From an uncultured Candidatus Saccharibacteria bacterium (GTDB lineage: Bacteria > Patescibacteriota > Minisyncoccia > Phycocordibacterales > CAIZLB01): DNA of 64,000 nucleotides. Shown here in pieces: positions 27,950 through 36,898 of the stretch (its first letter is position 1; each line of letters begins with the position of its first letter). The stretch covers positions 7,477 through 71,476 of the forward strand of contig CAZSLF010000004.1 in the NCBI GenBank assembly GCA_964607805.1, written 5' to 3'. The position numbers and the translations under genes were made by a program. The notes beneath the pieces are model-generated. The model saw only the letters and a program-made list of their open reading frames with translations, searched no databases and was not told the origin of the DNA.

Positions 27950-29542
27950 ATGTACTGGGTTGATAAAACGGTTGAGGAAATTTCGGCTGCATATGCAAAA
28001 GAAATCGAGAGCAAAGAAACTCTTATTATTCGTGATGAGAAAACAGCCTCTGGCCGAGTTCATGTAGGCTCTTTAAGGGGTGTAGCAATTCACGGTCTTG
28101 TTGCCGACGTTTTAAAAGAAAAAGGAGTTGCTTGCAAGTATCTTTTTGAGATAAATGACTATGATCCTATGGACGGACTTCCTGTCTACCTCGATCAGGA
28201 AACTTTTTCGCCATATATGGGTAGATTACTTTGTGATGTCCCATCACCAGACGGTAAAGCTGCTAATTTTGCAGAATTTTATGGAATGGAATTTGCAGAA
28301 GTTATAAAAGAAATTGGTTTCGAACCAGAATATTATCGATCTTCAACTTTATATAAAAACGGCTCATACAACGACGCAATCCGCATGGCTCTAGAGGGTG
28401 CTGATAAAATCCGAGAAATATATAAAAGAGTTTCAGGAGCTGATAAAGCAGCTGGATGGTTGCCGCTAAACGTCGTTTGCGAAAATTGTGGCAAAGTAAG
28501 TACAACAAAAGCAACAGATTTCGATGGCGAGACAGTAGCATATGCTTGCTATGATTTAGATTGGACAAAAGGTTGCGGACATAAGGCGAGAATTTCACCT
28601 TTCAATGGAACAGGAAAGTTGCCATGGAAAGTAGAGTGGGCAGCAAAGTTCAAAATCTTAGGAGTTCATATTGAGGGAGGAGGAAAGGATCATTCTACAA
28701 AAGGTGGATCACGCGAAGTGGCTGAAGCAATTTCTCGTGAGGTTTTTATGCATGAGCCACCCTTCAATATTCCTTATGAATTCTTGCAAGTTGGTGGAAA
28801 GAAGATGTCTTCTTCAAAAGGTAAAGGATCTTCGTCTCGAGATATGGCAGATCTGCTTCCGCCGGAGATGCTACGACTTCTTTTACTACAAAAAGATCCA
28901 ATGCGTGTAATTGAATTCGATCCAGAAGGAGATACTATGCCAGTTTTATATGATTCTTACGATAAATTTGCAGTAAATTATTTTTCTGGAAATACGGACG
29001 ACTATAGTCGCATGTTTAAACTTATTCACATGCCTGAAGATAGAGAATCTATTGTGCAAAGACACTTACCGCGATTTTCTATCGTTGCTTTCTTGGCACA
29101 GATGCCTCACTTAGACACAATTAAAGAAGTTGAACATATTGTTGGAGCAACTTTAGGTGAAGAAGATAAAAAAGAACTAACAAAGCGACTTCATCATGCG
29201 AAAATTTGGATAGATACATATGCACCAGAGGATTATAAATATGAGATGCGCGAAACTTTGCCAGAAAATGCAAAAGATTTTTCTGATTTGCAGAAAAAAG
29301 CATTGAAAGATATTTTGAATTTTATTGAAGAGAAAACGAAGGGCGGAAAAACTATAGATGGTCAAGAATTTCACTCTGAACTTCACGAAATGAAAGAGAG
29401 ACTCGGAATTGAACCAAAAGAATTATTCGAAGCAATTTATCTTTCTATTTTAGGTAAAAAAAGCGGTCCAAAAGCGGGTTGGTTTTTAAGTGTTATTGAT
29501 ACAGAGTGGTTGAAAAAGCGACTGGAAGAGGCTTCGGCATAG
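27950..29542 (+). CDS. lysS: Class I lysyl-tRNA synthetase
   Basis: 530 aa. It has a HIGH-like SGRVHVGSLRG and a KMSKS-like KMSSSKG, with class I LysRS architecture. Confidence 0.88.
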   Translation: MYWVDKTVEEISAAYAKEIESKETLIIRDEKTASGRVHVGSLRGVAIHGLVADVLKEKGVACKYLFEINDYDPMDGLPVYLDQETFSPYMGRLLCDVPSPDGKAANFAEFYGMEFAEVIKEIGFEPEYYRSSTLYKNGSYNDAIRMALEGADKIREIYKRVSGADKAAGWLPLNVVCENCGKVSTTKATDFDGETVAYACYDLDWTKGCGHKARISPFNGTGKLPWKVEWAAKFKILGVHIEGGGKDHSTKGGSREVAEAISREVFMHEPPFNIPYEFLQVGGKKMSSSKGKGSSSRDMADLLPPEMLRLLLLQKDPMRVIEFDPEGDTMPVLYDSYDKFAVNYFSGNTDDYSRMFKLIHMPEDRESIVQRHLPRFSIVAFLAQMPHLDTIKEVEHIVGATLGEEDKKELTKRLHHAKIWIDTYAPEDYKYEMRETLPENAKDFSDLQKKALKDILNFIEEKTKGGKTIDGQEFHSELHEMKERLGIEPKELFEAIYLSILGKKSGPKAGWFLSVIDTEWLKKRLEEASA

Positions 29543-29616
29543 ATATTGATTTAGTATAATTATTGTGGTATTGTGCACCGAATTCAGAATACCGAAACTC
29601 AACCCGAAATCATATT

Positions 29617-30771
29617 ATGTTCGTTACAAAAAGCGCGCATGAGGAAGCGTTGGTCAAAATTTCTCAACTTGAGAGCGATCTCAAGAATGAACGTTCACTT
29701 CGTGAGGAGCTTGAAAAACAGCGCTCTTTCCAGAATGACCAGTACTCACTTGAGTTTGCTGCCTTAAGGCTTGCTATCTCAAAACACAAACCACTTGATC
29801 CTGCTTCACAGCTGGCATCAATCGGAAGATACGGAAAAAGGAAGATTTTGCTTCTCGTCGAAGACTCTTGGAGGAATCTGATGGAGGCACGAAATACTGT
29901 CTTAGGTATTCACGTCTCATTAAAAACGGATATCCCTGATATTTTGCTCGCAATGGATATTGAGGATGCCTTACTTTTCATTGAATCTGGAAAAGTTGAC
30001 ATGGTTATCACTGATCTAGGGCTTCATCGACGCGGGATCAGTATTGAACCTAAAAGCATCCTAGGTGGCGGTGAAGTATTACTGGAGAATGTTAATTCAA
30101 TTGAAGAGTTTGTCGTAGGACAAACGATTAGGGGGCATAAAATTGATATCCTAGCAAACTGTCACGTTATTGAAGTTTTACTTTATTCTATTGCGAAGAG
30201 CACATGGAAATCTGTACGGGCTTTCAGGGGAAGTTTGCTCTGGGAAGATATGGCGACTCCGACCCTTGATGGACTGTCGTTGCTTAAACCGCTTGATCCT
30301 GGAGTTCATGGCACAACTCCGGTTTCAGACAAAGAAGCTGTTTACAGTCTACTGTGCGAGGCGCTTGTTGAAGGTCTTCATGGGTACAGCCTTGAACATC
30401 GTCAAGTTGACACCGCTACGCTTAGAAATGAAGTTCTCACCAGAGCCGATAATGGTATAAGCTGGGAAGCTGTTCCTTGTGCAATGGGTCTCCTAATTGT
30501 TAAGGAGTGCGATAGGAGAAATATCCCTGTCGTATATCACAGTGCACTCAGTCACTCCGAAAGTAGCCTCCTGGTTCCAGTCGTAGTTGGTGACGCCGAC
30601 AAGGAAGAGATTCTGCAGATCCATGCAAAGTCGAGACGTAAGAGTCAAGAAGAAGGAGGACAACTTATCTCACTTGAGACTAAACGAGGACTGCTGGTAC
30701 TGGATAAAAGTCCTTATTGGTGGATTAAAGCATGGGAAAAGCTTGAATCCTTGTTACCTTCTGTTATATAA
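29617..30771 (+). CDS. Hypothetical protein with receiver (CheY)-like motifs split by a large insert
   Basis: I used the ATG at 29617. The N-terminus is coiled-coil. KILLLVEDS and VDMVITDLGL resemble receiver beta1 and beta3. IPVVYHSALS and LVLDKSPY could be beta4 and beta5. Confidence 0.55.
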   Translation: MFVTKSAHEEALVKISQLESDLKNERSLREELEKQRSFQNDQYSLEFAALRLAISKHKPLDPASQLASIGRYGKRKILLLVEDSWRNLMEARNTVLGIHVSLKTDIPDILLAMDIEDALLFIESGKVDMVITDLGLHRRGISIEPKSILGGGEVLLENVNSIEEFVVGQTIRGHKIDILANCHVIEVLLYSIAKSTWKSVRAFRGSLLWEDMATPTLDGLSLLKPLDPGVHGTTPVSDKEAVYSLLCEALVEGLHGYSLEHRQVDTATLRNEVLTRADNGISWEAVPCAMGLLIVKECDRRNIPVVYHSALSHSESSLLVPVVVGDADKEEILQIHAKSRRKSQEEGGQLISLETKRGLLVLDKSPYWWIKAWEKLESLLPSVI

Positions 30772-30788
30772 ATTAAATTTTTCCTTCG

Positions 30789-30819
30789 AACCCCGAGACC
30801 ATTATGGTTTCGGGGTTTT
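30789..30819 (+). terminator. Intrinsic terminator
   Basis: aaccccgagacc/ggtttcggggtt stem followed by tttta. The trailing cggggttttactatt is identical to 11147-11161. Confidence 0.8.
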
Positions 30820-31183
30820 ACTATTAGTTATTTTCTAAATAATTTTATTAATGTATTAAAATCAAGTTGACTGAGTTTGATAAATATTAAATAAATTTAA
30901 GGAAAAACTGAACGAATTATGAAGGAAAAATGAAATTCCCTCTTGACTTTTATTTTTATTTTTTAAAGCGCGTAGAAGACCAAAATTAGGGCTATTTTAG
31001 GGGTGTGGTTGACGATTTTTTGCACATGTTTTATTTAGTGTTTTTTGGGCATTTTTAGGCTGTTATCCACACTCAAAAGCGCAGCTCCGGCGTATAATTC
31101 AAAGCATAAAAGTCAGTCAGGAAGTTGGTCTTGCACCTACTTGTACCCAATTTAAAAATCATTAATTTACCCATAATAAAGTC

Positions 31184-34100
31184 ATGGATCTTTCAATCAC
31201 TAAGAGTAACGGAACACGTGTCCCTTTTAACGCTGATCTAATCAATAAATCGATCGAGCGAGCCTGTGAAGGACTGATGGATCCGGTATCTATGGTGGTA
31301 CAGATTGCGACTGAAACTAGATTGACTCTCTACGATGGTATTACGACTGAAGAACTCGATCAGGCAACTATAAACGCAGCTCTTCAGAACGTAAAAGAAG
31401 ATATTGCATATGATACTGTTGCTACTCGACTTTTGCTTAAGACTATTTATCGTCATGTTTTGAAAGAATGGGACAAAGAAGACCGAGACGATCTAATCGA
31501 AAAGCACCGAGATGGCTTTGAAGGATATATCACTCGTGCTGTAGCTGAAGGAAAGCTTGAAAACCGTATGATTGAAAAGTTTGATTTGAAAGAATTGTCT
31601 CGAGTACTTGATATTAGCCGAGATGAGCTTTTTCAGTATGCTGGACTTTCAACATATCTAAGCCGATATGCACTAAAGAATATGGATCAGACTCCACGTG
31701 AGACTCCTCAGTATTTTTTCATGCGTGTTGCTATGGGTCTTTCATTCAATGAGGAAAACCCTACACTTTGGGCAAAGAAATTCTATGAAAAGATGTCTCG
31801 TTTTGAATATATCGCTGGAGGATCAACAAATCTAGGTGCCGGAACAGTAAACCCTGCGCTCTCGAACTGTTTTCTTCTAGAAGTACACGACGATATGGCA
31901 CATATCGCAAAATCAGTGTCTGACGTCATGCTCCTGTCAAAAGGTTCAGGAGGACTTGGTGTTTCTATGACAAAACTTCGAGCCTCAGGATCACCGCTTA
32001 AGTCAAACAATGGCTCTTCAACTGGCCCTACGCCATTTGCAAAAATTATGGACACTGCTATACGAGCAATCCAGAGAGGAGGCAAGAAAAAAGGTGCAAT
32101 GGCTTTCTATATGGAACCTTGGCATATTGATTTCCCAGAATTTATCGATTGGAAGCAAAACTCTGGAGACGACTATATGCGTATGCGAACTGCAAATACT
32201 GCCGCATATATTCCAGATGAATTTATGAAGAGAATTAAGACAGGACAGGAGTGGTATCTTTTTGATCCAGCAGAAACTCCTGATCTTTGTGAATTATATG
32301 GAAGCGCTTTCAGTAAGAGATATGCAGAATATGTTCATATGGCAAATGAAGGCCTGCTTCGAGTATTCCACAAGATGCCAGCAACAGAATTGTATAAAAA
32401 GATGTTAGTTTCTTTGCAAACAACAGCTCATCCTTGGATTACATGGAAGGACACTATTAATTTGCGTGCCTTGAACAATAATACTGGTACGATTCACATG
32501 TCGAATCTTTGTACTGAAATTTGTTTGCCACAGGACAGGGACAACGTAGCGGTTTGTAATCTTGCATCTCTTAACCTTGCTGCTCATATCGTAAACAAAG
32601 AAGTATTGTGGGGAAGACTTGAATCTTCAGTTCGTCTCGCAATCCGACAATTGGACAATCTTGTTGATATAAACGTTCTTCCAATTCCAGAAGCCGCTAA
32701 ATCTGATAAAGAAAATAGAGCAGTAGGTTTAGGGGTAATGGGCCTCGCTGATGCACTAGAGAAAATGGGACTAGCATATGAAAGTGAAGCTGCATATGAC
32801 TTTACTGATCGTATCTTTGAATTCGTAAGTTATATGGCATATGACGAAAGTGCGAACTTGGCACAGGTTCGTGGAAGTTATACTCACTTTGAAGGGTCTG
32901 AGTGGTCAAAAGGCTTAGTTCCTTTCGATACAATCGACCGTGTTGAACAAGATCGAGGTGTGAAAGTAACTGTAACTCGAGAGAGTAAGCACAAGGGTCT
33001 TAATTGGGATATTTTGCGAGGTAAAGTTAAGAACGGTATGAGAAATGCCACACTCCTTGCAACCGCACCAAACGCCAATATCGGTCTAGTAGCTGCTACA
33101 ACTCCAGGTATGGATCCACGATTCGCTCAAGTATTCTCAAGAAATAAAATTTCAGGAAAATATTTGGACCTAAATCACAATCTCGTAAAAGATTTAAAGA
33201 ATCTTGGTCTATGGGAAAGTGTGAAAGGAGATTTGATTGAGCATCAAGGAGATATTTCAGAGATTGCAGCTATTCCTCAACACCTGAAAGCTATTTATAA
33301 AACTTCTTTCAGTACTTCTCCATATGCCTTTATCGAAGTTGCAGCAAGAGCACAAAAGTGGATGGACCAAGGTATCTCTAGAAACATGTATCTCGAAACT
33401 CGAGATATAAATGAAATCATGGATATCTATACAACTGCTTGGGAAAAGGGTGTGAAGACTACATATTATCTTCACATGAAGCCTTTGCACACAGCTGAGC
33501 AGAGTACGGTAAACGTAAACAAGTCAGCTAAGATGGGCAAGCTTGGCTTCGGTGCACTAAAGAGTAATTCAGCTAGTGCGGCCGCTGCTGGTGCGGTTTC
33601 AGGTGCTACTATTGGTGGAGTTCAAACTTCTCCAATTGAATCATATGAACCAATTCCATCTCCAATCCAAGTTGCCCCAAGTCCTGCGCAAATCGTAACT
33701 GAGATTGTTCAGGAGATGGCTGATGCAGAAATTAAACAAACATCTATTTTCGGAGGAACAGTTCCTGCTTCACAAATTGCTGTGCAAGAAATTCCTGTTG
33801 TCAGCATGCCAAGTGGGGCAACACAAATTGTAGAAGAACCAGTGAAGAGAGGATTCGCTGCAGTTACAAACGGAGGAAGTAATAGCTTGAGTAGTACTAT
33901 AGTTTCAAATTCTAGTTCAACTACGCCAAATGTTTCGGCAACTGCATCTGCACCAAGTACTTCAAATTCTTCAGCACAAATTTCAAGTGCCTCAGCGGCG
34001 TCTCATACAGCAACCGCAACTCTCACAAAGCCGAAATACCAATCACTTTCGGAATTAAAAGTTGCGCCTCAGGTTACTACTCAAGCTCAAGCGCAACCAA

Positions 34101-34249
34101 TTATGCAGACACAAACATATGCAGCGCCCGTCTCTGCACCTGTGGCCGCACCTGCACCTGCGCCTGCACGACCAAAAGTTATCATGTCGAGTAACAAGAC
34201 CTGTCCAACAGATCCGGCGGAGCTCGCACAGTGTGACTCATGTCAATAA
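31184..34249 (+). CDS. nrdA: Class I ribonucleotide reductase alpha subunit with ATP-cone and long low-complexity C-terminal tail
   Basis: ATP-cone (ITKSNGTRVPFNADLINKSI) and catalytic motifs NLCTEI and CNLASLNL. About 250 aa of S/T/A/P/Q-rich tail end in QCDSCQ. Confidence 0.93.
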   Translation: MDLSITKSNGTRVPFNADLINKSIERACEGLMDPVSMVVQIATETRLTLYDGITTEELDQATINAALQNVKEDIAYDTVATRLLLKTIYRHVLKEWDKEDRDDLIEKHRDGFEGYITRAVAEGKLENRMIEKFDLKELSRVLDISRDELFQYAGLSTYLSRYALKNMDQTPRETPQYFFMRVAMGLSFNEENPTLWAKKFYEKMSRFEYIAGGSTNLGAGTVNPALSNCFLLEVHDDMAHIAKSVSDVMLLSKGSGGLGVSMTKLRASGSPLKSNNGSSTGPTPFAKIMDTAIRAIQRGGKKKGAMAFYMEPWHIDFPEFIDWKQNSGDDYMRMRTANTAAYIPDEFMKRIKTGQEWYLFDPAETPDLCELYGSAFSKRYAEYVHMANEGLLRVFHKMPATELYKKMLVSLQTTAHPWITWKDTINLRALNNNTGTIHMSNLCTEICLPQDRDNVAVCNLASLNLAAHIVNKEVLWGRLESSVRLAIRQLDNLVDINVLPIPEAAKSDKENRAVGLGVMGLADALEKMGLAYESEAAYDFTDRIFEFVSYMAYDESANLAQVRGSYTHFEGSEWSKGLVPFDTIDRVEQDRGVKVTVTRESKHKGLNWDILRGKVKNGMRNATLLATAPNANIGLVAATTPGMDPRFAQVFSRNKISGKYLDLNHNLVKDLKNLGLWESVKGDLIEHQGDISEIAAIPQHLKAIYKTSFSTSPYAFIEVAARAQKWMDQGISRNMYLETRDINEIMDIYTTAWEKGVKTTYYLHMKPLHTAEQSTVNVNKSAKMGKLGFGALKSNSASAAAAGAVSGATIGGVQTSPIESYEPIPSPIQVAPSPAQIVTEIVQEMADAEIKQTSIFGGTVPASQIAVQEIPVVSMPSGATQIVEEPVKRGFAAVTNGGSNSLSSTIVSNSSSTTPNVSATASAPSTSNSSAQISSASAASHTATATLTKPKYQSLSELKVAPQVTTQAQAQPIMQTQTYAAPVSAPVAAPAPAPARPKVIMSSNKTCPTDPAELAQCDSCQ

Positions 34250-34312
34250 AAAGGATACAATAGCCATCCAAAACCATTAACCAGAAATAAACCCTTAAAA
34301 TAAACTAAAACT

Positions 34313-35335
34313 ATGTCACTCATCGGAAAAGCAACACCAGACGATATGAATCTTCACCCAATCAAGTATCAGTGGGCATATGATTTGTACAATCAGGCCG
34401 TAAGAAATACTTGGTTTCCTTTTGAAATCGCTCTCGGAGAGGATTTAGCAGATTGGGCCAAGATGACTGACGAAGAAAAGCATGCCGTTTCTTTCCTTAT
34501 GGCTTTCTTCAATCCTGCTGAACTAATTGTAAATAGATCTCTTGCTCTTGGTGTTTATCGATACGTAAAAGCCCCTGAGTGTCACTTATATCTAGCGAGA
34601 CAAATGTTCGAGGAAGCAAATCATTGTGTATCTTTTGAATATGTTTTGGAGACTTTTCCATTTGATAAAGACAAAATCTATAACGTTCACCTTGAAGTCG
34701 CTTCTATGCAAGCAAAGGAGGAATATATTATGAAGTATATGAGACGAATGACTGAAGATAGTCTCGATATCGACTCTGTAGAAGGGAAGAAGGATTTTAT
34801 TCGAAATCTAGTTGCAACTAACATAGTTATGGAAGGTATTTGGTTCTATTCTGGCTTTATGGTGGCGCTTTCTTTCCGTCAGAGAAATCAGTTGAGGAAT
34901 TTTGGGTCAATGATCAACTGGGTGCTTAGAGATGAAAGCCTTCATCTTAAGTTCGGAATCAATTTAATACAAACAATTTTGGAGGAAGAGCAAGAACTTT
35001 TGACTGAAGATTTTGCAAATGAAATCCGCAATATAATCATCGAAGGTGTAGACAAAGAAGTGGCATATAACCGTGATCTTTTCCCGAACGGTATTCTTGG
35101 ACTAAACGCTGACTATGTAAATCAATATGTTCAGTACGTAGCTGATCGAAGACTTGAAGAACTAGGTCTCGAAAAGCACTACGATGTAACAAATCCAGCT
35201 AAGTGGATGAGTACAGCAACAGATGTACATGAACTTGTAAACTTCTTCGAACAGCAAAACACTAGTTATGAAGTAAATGCTAAGGCGACTAGTACAGCTC
35301 CTAAGGCTGAGGCTACTGTGAGTACAGAGGCCTAA
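34313..35335 (+). CDS. nrdB: Class I ribonucleotide reductase beta subunit
   Basis: Ferritin-like di-metal ligand motifs (EEANHCVSFEY, DESLHLKF) and a radical-site region GIWFYSGF. Confidence 0.92.
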   Translation: MSLIGKATPDDMNLHPIKYQWAYDLYNQAVRNTWFPFEIALGEDLADWAKMTDEEKHAVSFLMAFFNPAELIVNRSLALGVYRYVKAPECHLYLARQMFEEANHCVSFEYVLETFPFDKDKIYNVHLEVASMQAKEEYIMKYMRRMTEDSLDIDSVEGKKDFIRNLVATNIVMEGIWFYSGFMVALSFRQRNQLRNFGSMINWVLRDESLHLKFGINLIQTILEEEQELLTEDFANEIRNIIIEGVDKEVAYNRDLFPNGILGLNADYVNQYVQYVADRRLEELGLEKHYDVTNPAKWMSTATDVHELVNFFEQQNTSYEVNAKATSTAPKAEATVSTEA

Positions 35336-35355
35336 TCTAGACTAGACGGTAATAT

Positions 35356-35384
35356 TTGACCCCTTCAATATCTAAAGATATAGT
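35356..35384 (+). promoter_or_regulatory. Sigma70-type promoter of orphan unit C
   Basis: TTGACC (35356-35361), a 17-nt spacer, then TATAGT (35379-35384). Confidence 0.55.
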
Positions 35385-35477
35385 GTTCTTGGACAGTATT
35401 CACCCGAAATCAAATATAGCCTGCCTTTGGTACCGACATGTGTCGGCGCTTTAGGGAAGCTACAACCAAATAATATT

Positions 35478-36191
35478 ATGAGCTCTTATAAGCCCGTAAC
35501 TTCTGCACAAGCTGAGTGCTTGCGTAAGATGGCTATTGAAAAAGGAATTAGTCGTGCACTATTCCAGAGTGCACTCGATGGCGGACAATTTGCTCGATAT
35601 CTTGATTCACTCAAAAAGAACCCACTTAAAAAGGATTGTGACTCCGTTCGCTATATCCCTTTCAGTAGGTTCCGAATTGCAGAGATAGAAAGGAAGGCGG
35701 CATCAGAAGGTGCACGAATTTATGTGATTCGTCGAGTTCACATATTGCAAGATCGAGAGTGGCAGGAAGTGATCAATCAGGGAGGGCCAAACACTCCGAG
35801 TGACTACATTGTACGTAAACCTGAAGTTAGTGCGATGTATCCGCCGATCTGTCAAGCATCAGGCGTGAAAGATATCATTCTCCTCAATTATCCAAAGGCA
35901 GGCCAACACTGGGGAGAGGACGGAGGATGGGAAAAGGCTATTGCATTTGGCAAGTCAACTTCAATGGTAGTCACAAATCCTCGTGAAGTATCAGCTATCG
36001 GCGAACAGAATCCTAACCTTCACAATATTCTCGGTCAAGATCCAGTGTTTGTTGCATCGACAACAGAATGTCGATTTGGCGCTAAACGGCAGGTGTTCTA
36101 TGTCTGTTGGGCTGGCTTTGGTCGCAGGGTGAGATTGGGTTCATTCGACAGTTTAAATACTTCCAGCGACTGGTTTGCATTCAGTAATTAG
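35478..36191 (+). CDS. Hypothetical protein, paralog family member C
   Basis: I used the ATG at 35478. NPNLHNIL..PVFVASTTE..KRQVFYVCWAGFGRR aligns with NPNLIPEE..RIFFWGTIY..GRLCVRCLVWDGARW of member B. Confidence 0.65.
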   Translation: MSSYKPVTSAQAECLRKMAIEKGISRALFQSALDGGQFARYLDSLKKNPLKKDCDSVRYIPFSRFRIAEIERKAASEGARIYVIRRVHILQDREWQEVINQGGPNTPSDYIVRKPEVSAMYPPICQASGVKDIILLNYPKAGQHWGEDGGWEKAIAFGKSTSMVVTNPREVSAIGEQNPNLHNILGQDPVFVASTTECRFGAKRQVFYVCWAGFGRRVRLGSFDSLNTSSDWFAFSN

Positions 36192-36218
36192 TTATCTTGT
36201 TTATTTGTTTCGATACGG

Positions 36219-36244
36219 CCCCGATGCGCACGCATCGGGGTTTT
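36219..36244 (+). terminator. Intrinsic terminator (CCCCGATGC/GCATCGGGG type)
   Basis: Identical 9-bp stem to 11130 and 18948, followed by a TTTT tract. Confidence 0.8.
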
Positions 36245-36327
36245 GCTATAAAAATTTTTACAACATATTATTTTCAAAAATCTACCTGTGCATAACTATG
36301 GGTTTTTGTGTTTGCGAAGGGGAAGTG

Positions 36328-36362
36328 AGTGGTATAAAATGGTTGTTAGTGGGACAAAGTGG
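36328..36362 (+). promoter_or_regulatory. Four 10-nt-phased A(G/A)TGG repeats, candidate MraZ operator
   Basis: AGTGG at 36328, AATGG at 36338, AGTGG at 36348 and AGTGG at 36358. They lie between a TTGCTA-17-TATTAT promoter (36243-36271) and mraZ. Confidence 0.5.
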
Positions 36363-36443
36363 TAAATTTCTGAAAACATTTTAAAAATGAAATTCGCAAA
36401 TAAGCCTTATTTATAGCCCCACAAATCAGCTACCACAAATCAA

Positions 36444-36878
36444 ATGCTCATCGGCGAATATACACATACACAAGATGAGAAAAAACGAATATCGCTACCT
36501 GCGAAATTTCGAAAAGAGCTCGGGAAGAAAGTGGTAATAACTCGAGGTCTCGATAATTGTCTGTTCATGTATACGATGAAAAATTGGGAGGTTGTAGCTG
36601 AAAAACTTGGTTCTCTTTCTATGGGTGCGTCTGATACAAGAGGATTCAACCGATTTATGCTCGCCGGAGCGGTAGAACTCGAAATAGATTCAAACGGTAG
36701 AATCCTTATTCCAGAATTTTTACGAGATTATGCAGGACTTTCTCGCAACGTGGTGTTCGCAGGAGTTCACAGTCGAGTAGAAGTATGGAACGAAGACAAA
36801 TGGCGTGAGTATCAGTCTAAAATACTTAAATCAGCTGATAGCCTCGCTGAAAAGCTTGGTGAGATCGGAGTAATTTAA
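36444..36878 (+). CDS. mraZ: Transcriptional regulator MraZ
   Basis: 144 aa with duplicated SpoVT/AbrB-like halves (DEKKRISLPAKFRKEL and DSNGRILIPEFLRDY). Confidence 0.93.
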   Translation: MLIGEYTHTQDEKKRISLPAKFRKELGKKVVITRGLDNCLFMYTMKNWEVVAEKLGSLSMGASDTRGFNRFMLAGAVELEIDSNGRILIPEFLRDYAGLSRNVVFAGVHSRVEVWNEDKWREYQSKILKSADSLAEKLGEIGVI

Positions 36879-36898
36879 GAATACTGAAGAATACCGAA

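Noticed and set aside
31023-31041. A possible NrdR box (cacatgttttatttagtgt) upstream of nrdA.
   Set aside because: It does not fit the 16-bp ACACwAtATaTwGTGT palindrome: the arm spacing is wrong and the arms are imperfect. There is also no properly spaced second box.
10478-36191. Diversity-generating retroelement targets. The variable C-termini of the three-member family resemble the position of DGR variable regions.
   Set aside because: No reverse transcriptase is present in the window, and there is no near-identical template/variable repeat pair with A-specific substitutions. The copies differ throughout.
36175-36384. A 69-aa ORF in the nrdB-side/mraZ intergenic region.
   Set aside because: It spans a terminator hairpin, a promoter and the phased MraZ-box repeats, so regulatory sequence explains the region better.
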